64,000 bases of DNA from Octopus sinensis. Its lineage: Eukaryota. Each line of letters starts with the position of its first letter. Positions within the stretch are counted from its first letter, which is position 1. Position numbers and translations under genes: made by a program. Positions 38,245-48,872 of the stretch are shown one piece after another. The stretch is taken from NCBI RefSeq assembly GCF_006345805.1, contig NC_043001.1, positions 21,824,001-21,888,000 on the forward strand. The letters run 5' to 3'. The notes beneath the pieces are model-generated. The model saw nothing but the letters and a program-made list of their open reading frames with translations, searched no databases and was not told the DNA's origin.

Positions 38245-40496
38245 AATGGTCGATGAGAAGGTCCTCTGTGTGATAAGAGCTTAAATTCAACAGGTAAATG
38301 GCGCTGTTGAGCATATTCCATCAATGCACTTACAGGATTTTTGTTAAGGGCAGCAAAACTCTCTGAAGTGATCTGCAGATTTGGTGCCAGTGAGTCAATA
38401 CCAGCCTTGTCAGCTCCTTTCTCAGCCGCTTTGTCGGCCAACGCCTGCGCTACTGCTGCTGCCTTGATTTCAGCTAAAGTTGGAGTTTTAGTTTCAGTAG
38501 TTTCACTTGAAGAGGAAATGGATGTATTCTTAAGAAGATCTTGGATATTATCAACTGAATTCTTTTTATTATTTGAGTTGTTAACAGTGGAATTTGAATT
38601 AGACTGAGATGAAGATTGATTATTTGAAGCATTTTGCTTTGGACTGTTGGCCCTTTGTTTTGAGCTCGAAGCAGATTTGGAATTAGAAGATCCTTGCTTA
38701 GAGCCTGAGGAACCTTTTGACCCAGAGCCTTTAGAATTTGAAGCAGTTTGTTTTGAAGATGACGTCTGCTTAGAACTTCCAGCAGACTGTTTAGAACTTG
38801 AATTACTTTGCTTGGGACTTGGAGCAAATGATGTAGTCGATGACGTTGAAGTGGAATTCGTAGCTGGTGCCCTTGAGCTTTCTATCAGTGTGGTGCTATT
38901 GTTCCACCTAGAATTCTTTGACGTTGAGGACGACAAGGATGCTGACGAAGATGATGACGACTGGTTGAATTCCTTAGAAGAATTGCTTGAATTAGATACA
39001 GCAACATCTCCTTTAAAGACCGGATCTTTTGCAAGGAGCTCATGAGGGGAAGGAGGTAGATGAGAATTTCTACTCGCCTGATTTGATGCTGATTTCTGTT
39101 CGTTTGAAGACCCAGGTTGTTTTTGGGAATTATTATTTTGGTAATAAGCACTTTTCATGTTGCTAGAGCTGATGCCATTGTCCGCCAGTAGAACATGTGG
39201 AGGCGCAGGAGGTTGCCGATTTCCACTAGAAAACTGACGAGACATGGCAGAGTTCACAGATGAAGAACTTTTTCCAGCAGGGATTTCAGTTTCGTAACTG
39301 GCTGCGTTCTTTGCCATAATATAAATATCTTCACCAATAGTGGTGACTATTTTCTTTTTACATAAACTATGCAAATGCTTTTGAGTTTCTTCGAGAGAAA
39401 GGCCTGTATGTTTAGCTATTTCACGTGATTTAGCAGAACCATTCATGGTTTTATCAAGGAAGGATATGATTTTAGCATGTGGGTCATGCGGGTCAGAATT
39501 GCAAGCCTTTATATTTGAGTTCCGTTTGGGAGAGATTTGATCGTGGGGCGAATGGTCCTTCGAGTCTTTCTTCAAGGAACTCAGGTGTACGCGAGACATA
39601 TCCGGACCCTCTCGGTCCATCTGATGGTAACAAACAGGCATATCTCCAAAAGAATGATTTGCATAGTTCATAAAATTACTAGGGTATGATTGATAGTTTC
39701 CGTCATAATGTCTTTCACGATCATCCTGCAAGTCTATCTTTTTCTGTTGGATGACCATCCTGTCATTACTTTTTAATGGCATCATGGTACCATTTGAAGA
39801 ATTTTGCATGTTAAAGTTATCACAATTTCTCCTTCGTGGCTTACCACTTTGTTTAGATTCAGAAGTTACAGGAAAATGTCCTGAATAGCCTTGGCCATAT
39901 CCACCACTATGTGGATAATTAGCAATTGCTGTTTCCAGGGCCTCACAATCATCTGGGCTGCAACTTTCTGAACGTAATCTATTTGGAGAACTAGTGTTTC
40001 CAATAGAGAGAATTTCGGTATCTTTACTACTGTGACTGTAGATGAGAGATTCATTCTTACTTTCTGAGTATATATGAGATGGTGGACAGAAACCATGCCA
40101 TTCACTTCTATAGGTTGATCGTTTTGAACGCTGGTAATTATTATTGGGAGTCTTCTGTCCTCTATAACTTTCACGGTTATTAGCATAGAAATTTGGTGGT
40201 GTTCTTGATACTGGGCCATGCTGATAGATTCCTGGACTACTAGAATAATGAGACTCATTCTGGTTATAATTTGTATGAGATGCAGGTGGATCAGCAATAA
40301 CCCATGTTGGCGGCTGCATGCCGTGCTTTCTTATCAAACCACGTCTATCCATGCTGTACAAAGTCGGATTCACTTCTTTTCGTGAACGAACACTTACAAG
40401 ACGTGCCAGTTCCATGGTCTTTACAGGGTGAGTCTTATGGACTAGATAATTCATTATGCGGTCTTCCCACTCGGGATGTACATTCAAATTTGTTTC
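38245..40496 (-). CDS. ADAR: ADAR1 large exon (2252 nt): Z-alpha, low-complexity linker, second winged helix, Ser-rich region, N-half of dsRBD
   Basis: 748-aa ORF. Acceptor ctgtag|GAAACA at 40496 (phase 0), donor CCATT|gtaagt at 38245 (phase 2). KEVNPTLY...PPTW Z-alpha signature; NKNPVSALMEYAQ...GPSHRP dsRBD start. Confidence 0.95.
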
Positions 40497-41307
40497 CTAC
40501 AGGGAAGAGAGAACAACAAATACATCAGTTATTGCAGGAAAAATAAAACTCAGTGAATATGATAAAGTCTTAGGCAACTAATTAGAAGCTAGATATATTT
40601 TTAAAATCTATTTCATATCAAATATAATTCCATTAAACCCATGGAAATATATTCAATTTTTAAGAACTAACAATTACAAATATAAATAACAGCTGTTGTT
40701 CATAACATTAAAAAAAATTTGAATTATTTAAAATTTAAATTATATATTTAAATATAAAATAAAAGGAAGAATTTTGGAAAATTTTTAATAAAAATCCTTG
40801 TATTTTTATACTGAAATAGAGAACGTATTAATAAAAAAATTAAGAAATATAATCACCAGGTTGCAAAAATATAATCAATAATAGTAAAAAATGTTATTAT
40901 CAAAGTCAAAAACCATTCAAAACCACGAATAATATAAACCAAAAACATTATTAATAAGTAAATTGTTGACTGAAAACAAGAAAGGGGGGAAAAAAAGCAT
41001 AGCAGAATTTTTTTGATATCAACAAAATTTTGCTGTTCCAGAGAGTATATAGCAAAAGGAATTTCCAGAACTGCAAGAGGTATACAAATCAATATTCACC
41101 AATATTTTATCAACCATTACATATTCACATTGGATTTTTATGATTTAGCTTTTACTAAATATTAGTTTTGATATTTTAATATTTTTGTGTATAGGCATCT
41201 TACTTCTAACATTTCAGGGTGTTATTTTAATAATTCAATGAAATATGTTACCATACCCAAACAAACATGGAGTCTATAGTATTTTAAGCAGAGTCCTATA
41301 TATCTAT

Positions 41308-41583
41308 GTGGCTCAGTGGTTTAAGTGTTGAGACGACAATCATGAGGTTGTGTGTTCGATCTGTGGACCATGCAGTGTGTTGTGTTTTGTTCTTGAGCAA
41401 GACACTTTATTTCACATTGCTCCAGTTCATTCAACTGTAGAAATGAGTTGCAATGTCACTGGTGCCAAGCTGTGTTGGCCTTTGCCTTTCTCTTGGATGA
41501 TGTTAGTGGTATGGAGAGGGGAGACTGGTATGCATGGGCGACTGCTGGTCTTCCACAAAACAACCTTGCCCAGACTTGTGCCT
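41308..41583 (+). mobile_element. Older tRNA-derived SINE (family D)
   Basis: GTGGCTCAGTGG A-box, GTTCGATC B-box, CTTGAGCAAGACAC core. Related pieces near 10600, 50715 and 57610. Confidence 0.7.
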
Positions 41584-42029
41584 TAACAGTTTAGGCAAGG
41601 CAAAGTTGGCTCAGCAGAATTTGGACTCAGAAAGAGAAGATGAAATATCGCTAAGCATTTTTGCTCGGTTTGTTTATGATTTTGTCAGCTCACCGCCTTA
41701 ACTAAATGAAATAATATAAAACATTTTGAACTTCAGTTGAAAACATCTGAAATCGCAAATAACTCTACTGTTTAATGGTTTGCATTAGATATTGATTATG
41801 GTTGATAGTGGCTGTAGTTTTGGCACATTTTATAAACAGATAAATATAATCAAAATAAAAATAAATATAAAAATGGGATAACAAGTTGGTAATATAACCA
41901 ATGTGACATCTAGTGGTTAATAAAACTGATTGATAAATGTTATCAATCCACAATAAAAGGATTAAAAAGAAACTTAAAAGAGTTAAGATATTGTATTAAT
42001 GTGTAAAGATGTTTATAATGCTTTCATCA

Positions 42030-42720
42030 TACATCCTAACCATCAGAATGGATTTCATAGAGTCAGAATTGTTAAAGACTTATTTATCCTGCACCACACC
42101 ATAGTGATCTCTCACTCTTGAGAATTTTGGTAAAAGTAATGTTGCAAAGCTTTAAACTGTGCCTGGCAAGAGAACCTCTTTGCTATGTTGTACATCTATT
42201 GGTGCCGTCCATCTGTCTTCCATGCCAACATGGATCAATTCAGCCCACATTCCATCAACTGTTCAGTATATAAATGTTTGGTTATGCTTGCTCTAATCTA
42301 CTGCTTTCACTAAATTAATAACCTGCTTGTTGTTAACTCTAACCACACACATTCCTATACAGACGATACCACTCTTAATTCTTCTTTGACATTGTGCACA
42401 CAAGTCTTATCCAAAAGAATTCGACACTTGCTACTGCTTCTGTGAACTGAAATCTCAAAACATCCTTCAATGAGGACTTAGTGACTTAGTTGTCTAAATC
42501 AGAACTACAATACAATCACTACAAATATCAAGGAACAGCCTTGTACTACATTCTCCAAAGACATAAACAACACATAACTAAACTAAAGCCCTCAATATGG
42601 CTAAATTTTAAGTCCCACAATGTCTAATGAACTCATGCTGTCTACAAATATATACCAGTGTCAAAACTGCAGCCCAAAGACTAGATTTCCTCTTTAAGGT
42701 CAGAAAATGTTAATCTACAT
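42030..42720 (+). mobile_element. CR1/L2-group LINE reverse transcriptase remnant
   Basis: NHQNGF, SLENFGKS, HSYTDDTTL (YADD-like at 42356) and TAAQRLDFLFKVRK in broken frames. Confidence 0.7.
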
Positions 42721-42830
42721 GATGGTTGGCAAAGACCCTTCACTGGAATGCTGATTAACAAAGACTTGCTAGAATTCTGCAATCATTAGTTGAAAGATGC
42801 ATTTTGAACTGGCAAGTTGCATATTGTTTC

Positions 42831-43387
42831 TTATTTCTTTATTGCCCACAAGGGGCTAAACTTAGAGGAGACAAACAAAGGGATTAAGTCAATCAGATCG
42901 ATCCCAGTGTGTAACTGGTACTTAATTTATTGACCCCGAAAGGATGAAAGGCAAAGTTGACCTCGGTGGAATTTGAATTCAGAACGTAACGGCGGACGAA
43001 ATATTTCTTTACTACCCATAAGGGGCTAAACAAGGACAGACAAACGGATTAAGTCAATTATATCGACCCCAGTGCATAATTGGTACTTATTTAATCGACC
43101 CCGAAAGGATGAAAGGCAAAGTCAACCTCGGTGGAATTTGAACTCAGAATGTAACGGCGGACGAAATACCTATTTCTTTACTACCCACAAGGGGCTAAAC
43201 AAGGACAGACAAACGGATTAAGTCAATTATATCGACCCCAGTGCATAACTGGTACTTATTTAATCAACTTCGAAAGGATGAAAGGCAAAGTCGACCTCGG
43301 CGGAACTTGAACTCAGAACATAATGGCAGATGAAATACCACTAAGCAGTTTGCCCGGTGTGCTAACGTTTCTGCCAGCTCACTGCCG
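42831..43387 (-). mobile_element. tRNA-derived SINE family B trimer
   Basis: One head at about 43387 followed by three head-to-tail bodies with junctions near 43003 and 43170. Confidence 0.85.
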
Positions 43388-44088
43388 TTGCATACTGTTT
43401 CTATCTAAACTCAACCAATATGTTTGTATTCTTTTCTCTCATCCTCTTTATTGTATCTTGCCTCATTTTATTCCTGTGCTAAACCCTTTCTCCAATCATT
43501 CTTCTTCAGAATAGTGAACCTCCGGAACTCCCACCCAGCTGCATTCTTCTAGCAAATATTGACCAACAGAGAATCAAGCTAAACATCAAAATTCTGATGA
43601 CAAAACCAGAAGTTACTACACACTCAGATTTTAGTTCAAATTCTCATCTAAGCTGCTTTAAATGAAGCACCTTTTTTTTTTAAATGGTTGCAATGTTGAG
43701 AATTAACAGTGTTATTAAGAAAAGAGGATGAGATTATAAGAAAGTCTGGGAAATGAAATAAAAGTAAGTAGAAAAATAAAACAGGGTATATATTTTAAAT
43801 TAAAACAAGAATATTGCATTTAACTGCTGAACTATCTGGTAATTTACAGGAATAACTGAATGAAGGAAAGGACATCTAAAAGTAAAAACTACTACTCCAC
43901 TAAAAATTATCCCATCCTTGCCAGCATGTAAAATATATGAGTAAAACAGTAAAATGAAAGAAACTAGCAGTAATTATTCAAAGTTAATCTTCAGCAAATC
44001 AATGTGGAAAGGATTGTTGCATGGTCCTAACCCTAACCCTATAATCAAAAGCATTCTAGCTGTGACTATAATGTTGTTTTGTATATCA

Positions 44089-44472
44089 TCTCTATATATT
44101 TAAAGCTGAAGTTGTCTGTGTATGGCAGGTTTGGTAGCCTTCAACTAACACTATCTCCTCCGAGACCCTGCGGCGCAAGTTGACCAAAATTGAGAGTATG
44201 ATAGAAGAACACTTGCTCTTCCTTCCATAGAAAAAAAATTCAAATCGGACCAAGCTAAGACCCAAAATTATTTACATCAAAAAGGTGCTTTTTTTCTATG
44301 AAAATCCCTATTTTTTACGATTTTTTTTACTGCTGTGTCGCCATTTTTCAGTGTATTTCAACCAGAAAAATGTTCACTTAAAGAGAATAACAAGCTACAT
44401 AATGCAAAATTTTTACTTTTCAAAAATTCCAATTCTAAAGGGTCGAAACAAACCCGAGCAACACCAGGTTAG
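44089..44472 (+). mobile_element. Non-autonomous Helitron with decayed 3' end
   Basis: A|TCTCTATATAT start; AACCCGAGCAACACCAGG hairpin remnant; TTAG|T end. Confidence 0.65.
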
Positions 44473-46373
44473 TTAATGATATTGTTCGATGTGTCTTTCC
44501 TTTTTGAAAATAGTAGGCTATAATTTGAAGGAGATTTGACTGCTGATCTTAGCAAGTCAAGCAACCACAGAGAAATTCCTGTTTTGATTTAATATAAAAA
44601 AGGTTAAAGCTCAAGTATAGACAGAGACATATATCGTAATATAAATAAGATAAACTCTAGCCATAGCTATGTAGTTAGAGAGTTCGCTTTGCAACCATGT
44701 GTTTCTGGGTTCACTCTCCCAGTATGATGAAATGTATTCCCATTAAGAAATTCACCAGTGTATAAAACAGCTAATAATATTATACCTGACAATTATACAC
44801 TATTTATGATATGCCTAATGCTAAATAATTGCAATCTTCCAGGATGATTGGACCTTTTGTTTTTCAAAATTTCCCCCATTTATTTTAACCATATATAATT
44901 AAACTGAACACAAAGTATGATAAATATAACTAAGTATAAAAACTGCATATATTAAAATTATTTCAAACACGTAGAATCCCTTAGTGAACAGTTAATACAA
45001 GGGAAATAATCATTTGTTTATAATATTTGGTGGGATTAGAAGTTTGAATGTGAAACTTAGTAATTTCTTTTTTTTTATAAATGATAGATTAGAAATTGAA
45101 TTAATATCTAGAAAACTACAAAGAAATTTTAAATCAAAGAACAATTTTTAATTTTATTAATTTTCAGCGATCCCAAAGTACCATTGATTATTGATATCAA
45201 TAATTTCTCACTAATAGTTTCTATGAAGCTCCTGACGCTACATGTAATAAAGTAATATGTTATATACCTACCTTGAAAATATCATTAAAGTTTAATTATA
45301 ATTAAAATATTATTAAAGTTTAATTATAATCTGTCTTGATCATAAGACAATATCACAAACAGAATAGACACAGCAAAGAGTCAATTGAAGATGGTTCTTA
45401 TACAAAATACATTTAATATTTCGAAAACCACATTCACATTCTTTAGAATGCATTAAACTTTGCAGTGATTGGTTTCATAAAATGGTCAACGGTCAGACAG
45501 ATATTATATATTGCTGAGGACCAATAAAACCAAAACACATCCAGAGCTGTTATGGCTGTGTGGTTAAAAAGCTCACTTTGCAACCACGGGGTTTCGAGTT
45601 CAGTCCCACTGCATGGCACCTTGGATAAGTGTCTTCTACTTTAGCTCCAAGATTACCAATGCCTTATAAGTGAATTTGGTAGGTGAAAACTGTGTGGAAG
45701 TATGCCTCATGTGTGTGTGTGTGTGTGTGTTTGTCTCCTAATTCTTGACAGCCAGCATTGGTTTGTTTATGTCCCTGTAATTTAGCTGTTCAGTGAAAGA
45801 GACCAACAGAATAAGTATCAGATTTAATAAAATACATGCTGGGGTCGATTTATTCAACTAGACCTTTCAAGGTGGTACCCCAACATGGCCACAGTCCAAC
45901 AACTGAGACAAATAAAAGACATCGATATCTACCAAAGATTAGGCTCATTCCCCTCTGCATGCCATCATTTAATTTTTACTCAATTTAAGTTCAGGAGTTC
46001 TCTCAAGAATTTTCAGTAATGCTAATGATTTTTCTTCTCATCACAGGTGTTATTTTAAATTGATTAGAAATTCTTTTGGATTCACTACATTAAGCATGTT
46101 AGCCTACACTTTACTACATATTTACATGCAGAAGGTATCCCTGAGAAATTTTCCAATAATAAATAGAGAAAAACCTTCAAGAATTCTTTTAGATTTACTA
46201 CATTAGATATGTTAGCCTATATTAAACTATATGCTTCCATGCAGTTGATATCTCTAAGAAATTTTCCAATGAAAAAAAAGTTATACGACAGTATATAGAC
46301 TGATGACGTAGTATATAAAAAAAAATCTATCTAACATTTAACATAAAGAAGATCAAAGCAGTTTTCTTCGTAC

Positions 46374-46399
46374 AGAAGGTCCACTCGCTTTTGTATTTC
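46374..46399 (-). CDS. Candidate 26-nt micro-exon (G-NTKASGPS)
   Basis: tctttgcag|G acceptor and TCT|gtacga donor. Phase 1 in and phase 0 out, which links ATG 48379 in frame to 40496. Confidence 0.4.
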
Positions 46400-48345
46400 C
46401 TGCAAAGATTTAATTAAATAGACCTTTCCTTTCAATTACTTTAAAATTTCCACAAATATTAAAATCTTAGATCATCATGTGAAATATGGTAGCTAGTCCT
46501 AAATCATCTTCATAATTTAACATCCACTTTTCCATGATTGCAGGGGTCAGAATTTGTTGAAGCAGATTTTCTATAGCCAGATGTTTTGCCTGTCTTCAGG
46601 GAAGGCAATACTTTCCCATGGCCAAATGTGTTTTTCATAGAAATTTTACAAGTGATGTAGTTTGGAAATGAACATCACTTGTAATTGTTCATTTCTGAAC
46701 AACATCACTTGTACGACAGTGATGCTTGTTTAAAACCACCACATAATGTTAAGACAACAGTACAACACACACACTTGAAAGACTTATAGCTTTCGTCTTT
46801 CAAATCCGCTCACAAGGTTGGCCCAGGATTATAGTAGAAAACACTTGTCCAAAGTGCAGTACAGTAGGGCTTAACATGAGAGCATATGGTTAGAGAGCAA
46901 GCTTCTTCACTGCACAGCCACATCTGAGCTTGTAATCAGAAAAGCATACAGCTGTTTCGAAGAACCACACAGAACATTCTTAACATTAGTTTTTAACAGA
47001 ACAATATTATAGGAATACCAATCGTCACATACACAAGCTACCCAACCCTAAAATGTTTAAGAACTTGTTATTTAACAATAAAATATTTAAGTACCACCAT
47101 CTGAAGAAGTGCTTTAGATGCTTTGAGGATCACAAAAGAAGGAGCGGAAACAGTTTTGTTTTTGCTTGTGATTTGTTTTCTTTTCCATAGGAATCACAGC
47201 AGCTAAATATATCTCACTACTCTTAATTACTATATACATTATTGTTTAACCCTTGGCTAACGCTGTGTAAACCAATGATAAAAGAGTAGCTGTCATATTT
47301 CTTTTCAGGCAAGTGTACCTAGGTCCATATTACATTAGTCAATGTGTTCCTCCCTACTTTTAAAGATGGTTAGGTATGACACGAAAGAGAGGCATTGCTA
47401 TTATTTCTAGCAGGTTAAGTGACCATGTAGATATGGACGAGCGTGTGCTCATTTCTGTTGACTTTAACTATTGGTAGAATCTACTTTTATTACATTTGAA
47501 TTCATTGGAAACATACTGAATAAAATTAAATTTTTTCATAATTCTCGTCTTGAAAAATAAATCTATATTCTTAAAATTTACATAAAGAGTAAAATGTTAA
47601 TTTATTCACTAAGAAATTTACATTATATTTGTATATATACCCTTTCACTAAAACTTGATTAAAAAAACTAGTACTAACAATTAGGTTTAATGCCAAGAGT
47701 TTACTAATTAAGAAAAAAAAATTGCTAAAAAAAACGTCAATAACAGTTAATTCAATACATCTGAAAAATAATGAACAGTTTAGTGTTTATAAAATTATTA
47801 TTTTTTTTTTTTTTATTGGCAAGACAGAAATGTAGGCAGGCAAGGAGGAGATGGTGCAATTTATTGATAAGAGGAAAGCAAAAAGATGCCCCCAACAGTT
47901 TAGAAGGAATTAAATAGGAATAACCACTCAAAAGATTCATTGAAGACAATAGTAAGTAAAATTCCTCAAACAAGCAGATAAGCAAGAGATAAATTAAAAA
48001 GCAAAACCTGTAGCCTTATTAGCAATCTAATTAAACCATATACCAATCATCAAAATGTTTCAAAGTGTATTTAGTAGGCATACGCAGCAAGTCAAGTCAG
48101 AGAGAAAAGGTTTTCAAGGAGGGTAAGGACAAATGCACTCAGTCGGGTTAGATGTGACTTTGAGTAATCAGTAAATCATCCAGATAAGTTCAGCACTTAC
48201 AAACCAACAAATGCAAACAATATATTGATGGTTATAGGAAAAGAAGAAGTTTTGTTGCAGAGAAAAAAACCCCACCAAGTGAAGCCAATATTGTTTAACT
48301 TGCACAGAAAAACAAGGTTAGTAGCACTTAAAAAAGTGTTCTGAC

Positions 48346-48396
48346 CTTCGCAAGAATGGGCAAGGTTTGAAGATACCATTTCTTGGTAAGGTCAAC
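48346..48396 (-). CDS. Candidate 5' exon of ADAR1 containing an ATG at 48379 (MVSSNLAHSCE-G)
   Basis: Long T-rich tract then ttttag|G acceptor, AAG|gtcaga donor, ATG in GAAATGG context. Frame-compatible with the large exon via 46374-46399. No transcript evidence. Confidence 0.5.
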
Positions 48397-48767
48397 CTAA
48401 AAATATAAGAATTAAAAAAAAAATCAACAAAAATCAGTTCTTACATACCTAAATTTAGCTACTGATAAACAATTTACTAGCTGATTTTATTAATTAGCTT
48501 GATTGTAAAACGCTTCATTTTTAGATGTTACAATATCTCAGATAGTTTAAACTTTCCTCACAAAGATAGAAAAAGATACAACTTAAAATATAAATTATTC
48601 ATGATGCTTTACATTGCTTTTGGTCATACATATTACATTAAAATATGACTTTAGATTGGAGCATATTCTAAAAAGAAAACCAAAAGATTTCTGATAAATG
48701 AGCAAGATTTCTTGGTCTTTGAACTTATGTGAAGATATTTTAATGAAAAATAAAATAAAAAAATTAC

Positions 48768-48872
48768 AGAGTCTAAACCAATATTCTTCCTTCCGTACTG
48801 ATGGCTCCATCCAGAGAATAAGCTCAAATGTTCATTCATGTTGAGGATCTTCTAGAAGGCTCAGTTGAAAAT
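48768..48872 (-). other. Candidate upstream exon (5'UTR or alternative start, ATG at 48839)
   Basis: ttttgtag|A acceptor and weak TCT|gtaatt donor. More GC-rich than its flanks. Confidence 0.3.

Larger units (their letters stand above)
841..40496 (-). other. ADAR: ADAR1-type dsRNA-specific adenosine deaminase gene, span of confidently spliced coding exons (both ends incomplete)
   Basis: Eight exons join in frame with GT-AG boundaries (intron phases 2,0,1,2,2,1,1). ADAR1-type rather than ADAR2-type residues: Z-alpha domain, GTGNRC, PCGDGA, RAVCCR. Confidence 0.96.

Noticed and set aside
38341-39673. Plus-strand and alternative-frame ORFs overlapping the large exon (88, 117, 132, 88 and 64 aa)
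   Set aside because: Shadow frames of a low-complexity coding exon; no recognisable domain.
40485-40487. ORF-track 'Met' start of the 748-aa ORF
   Set aside because: The codon is TTG, three codons inside a spliced exon whose acceptor is at 40496; it is not a credible eukaryotic start.
42831-43387. Regularly spaced direct repeats superficially like a CRISPR array
   Set aside because: Units are about 170-bp SINE bodies without unique spacers, in eukaryotic DNA with no cas genes.
44026-44040. CCTAACCCTAACCCT telomere-like hexamers
   Set aside because: Only about 2.5 units; expected by chance.
48197-48345. Extension of candidate exon B to a GTAAGT donor at 48200
   Set aside because: The T-rich content looks intronic, and the phase-2 exit does not match the phase-0 acceptor at 40496.
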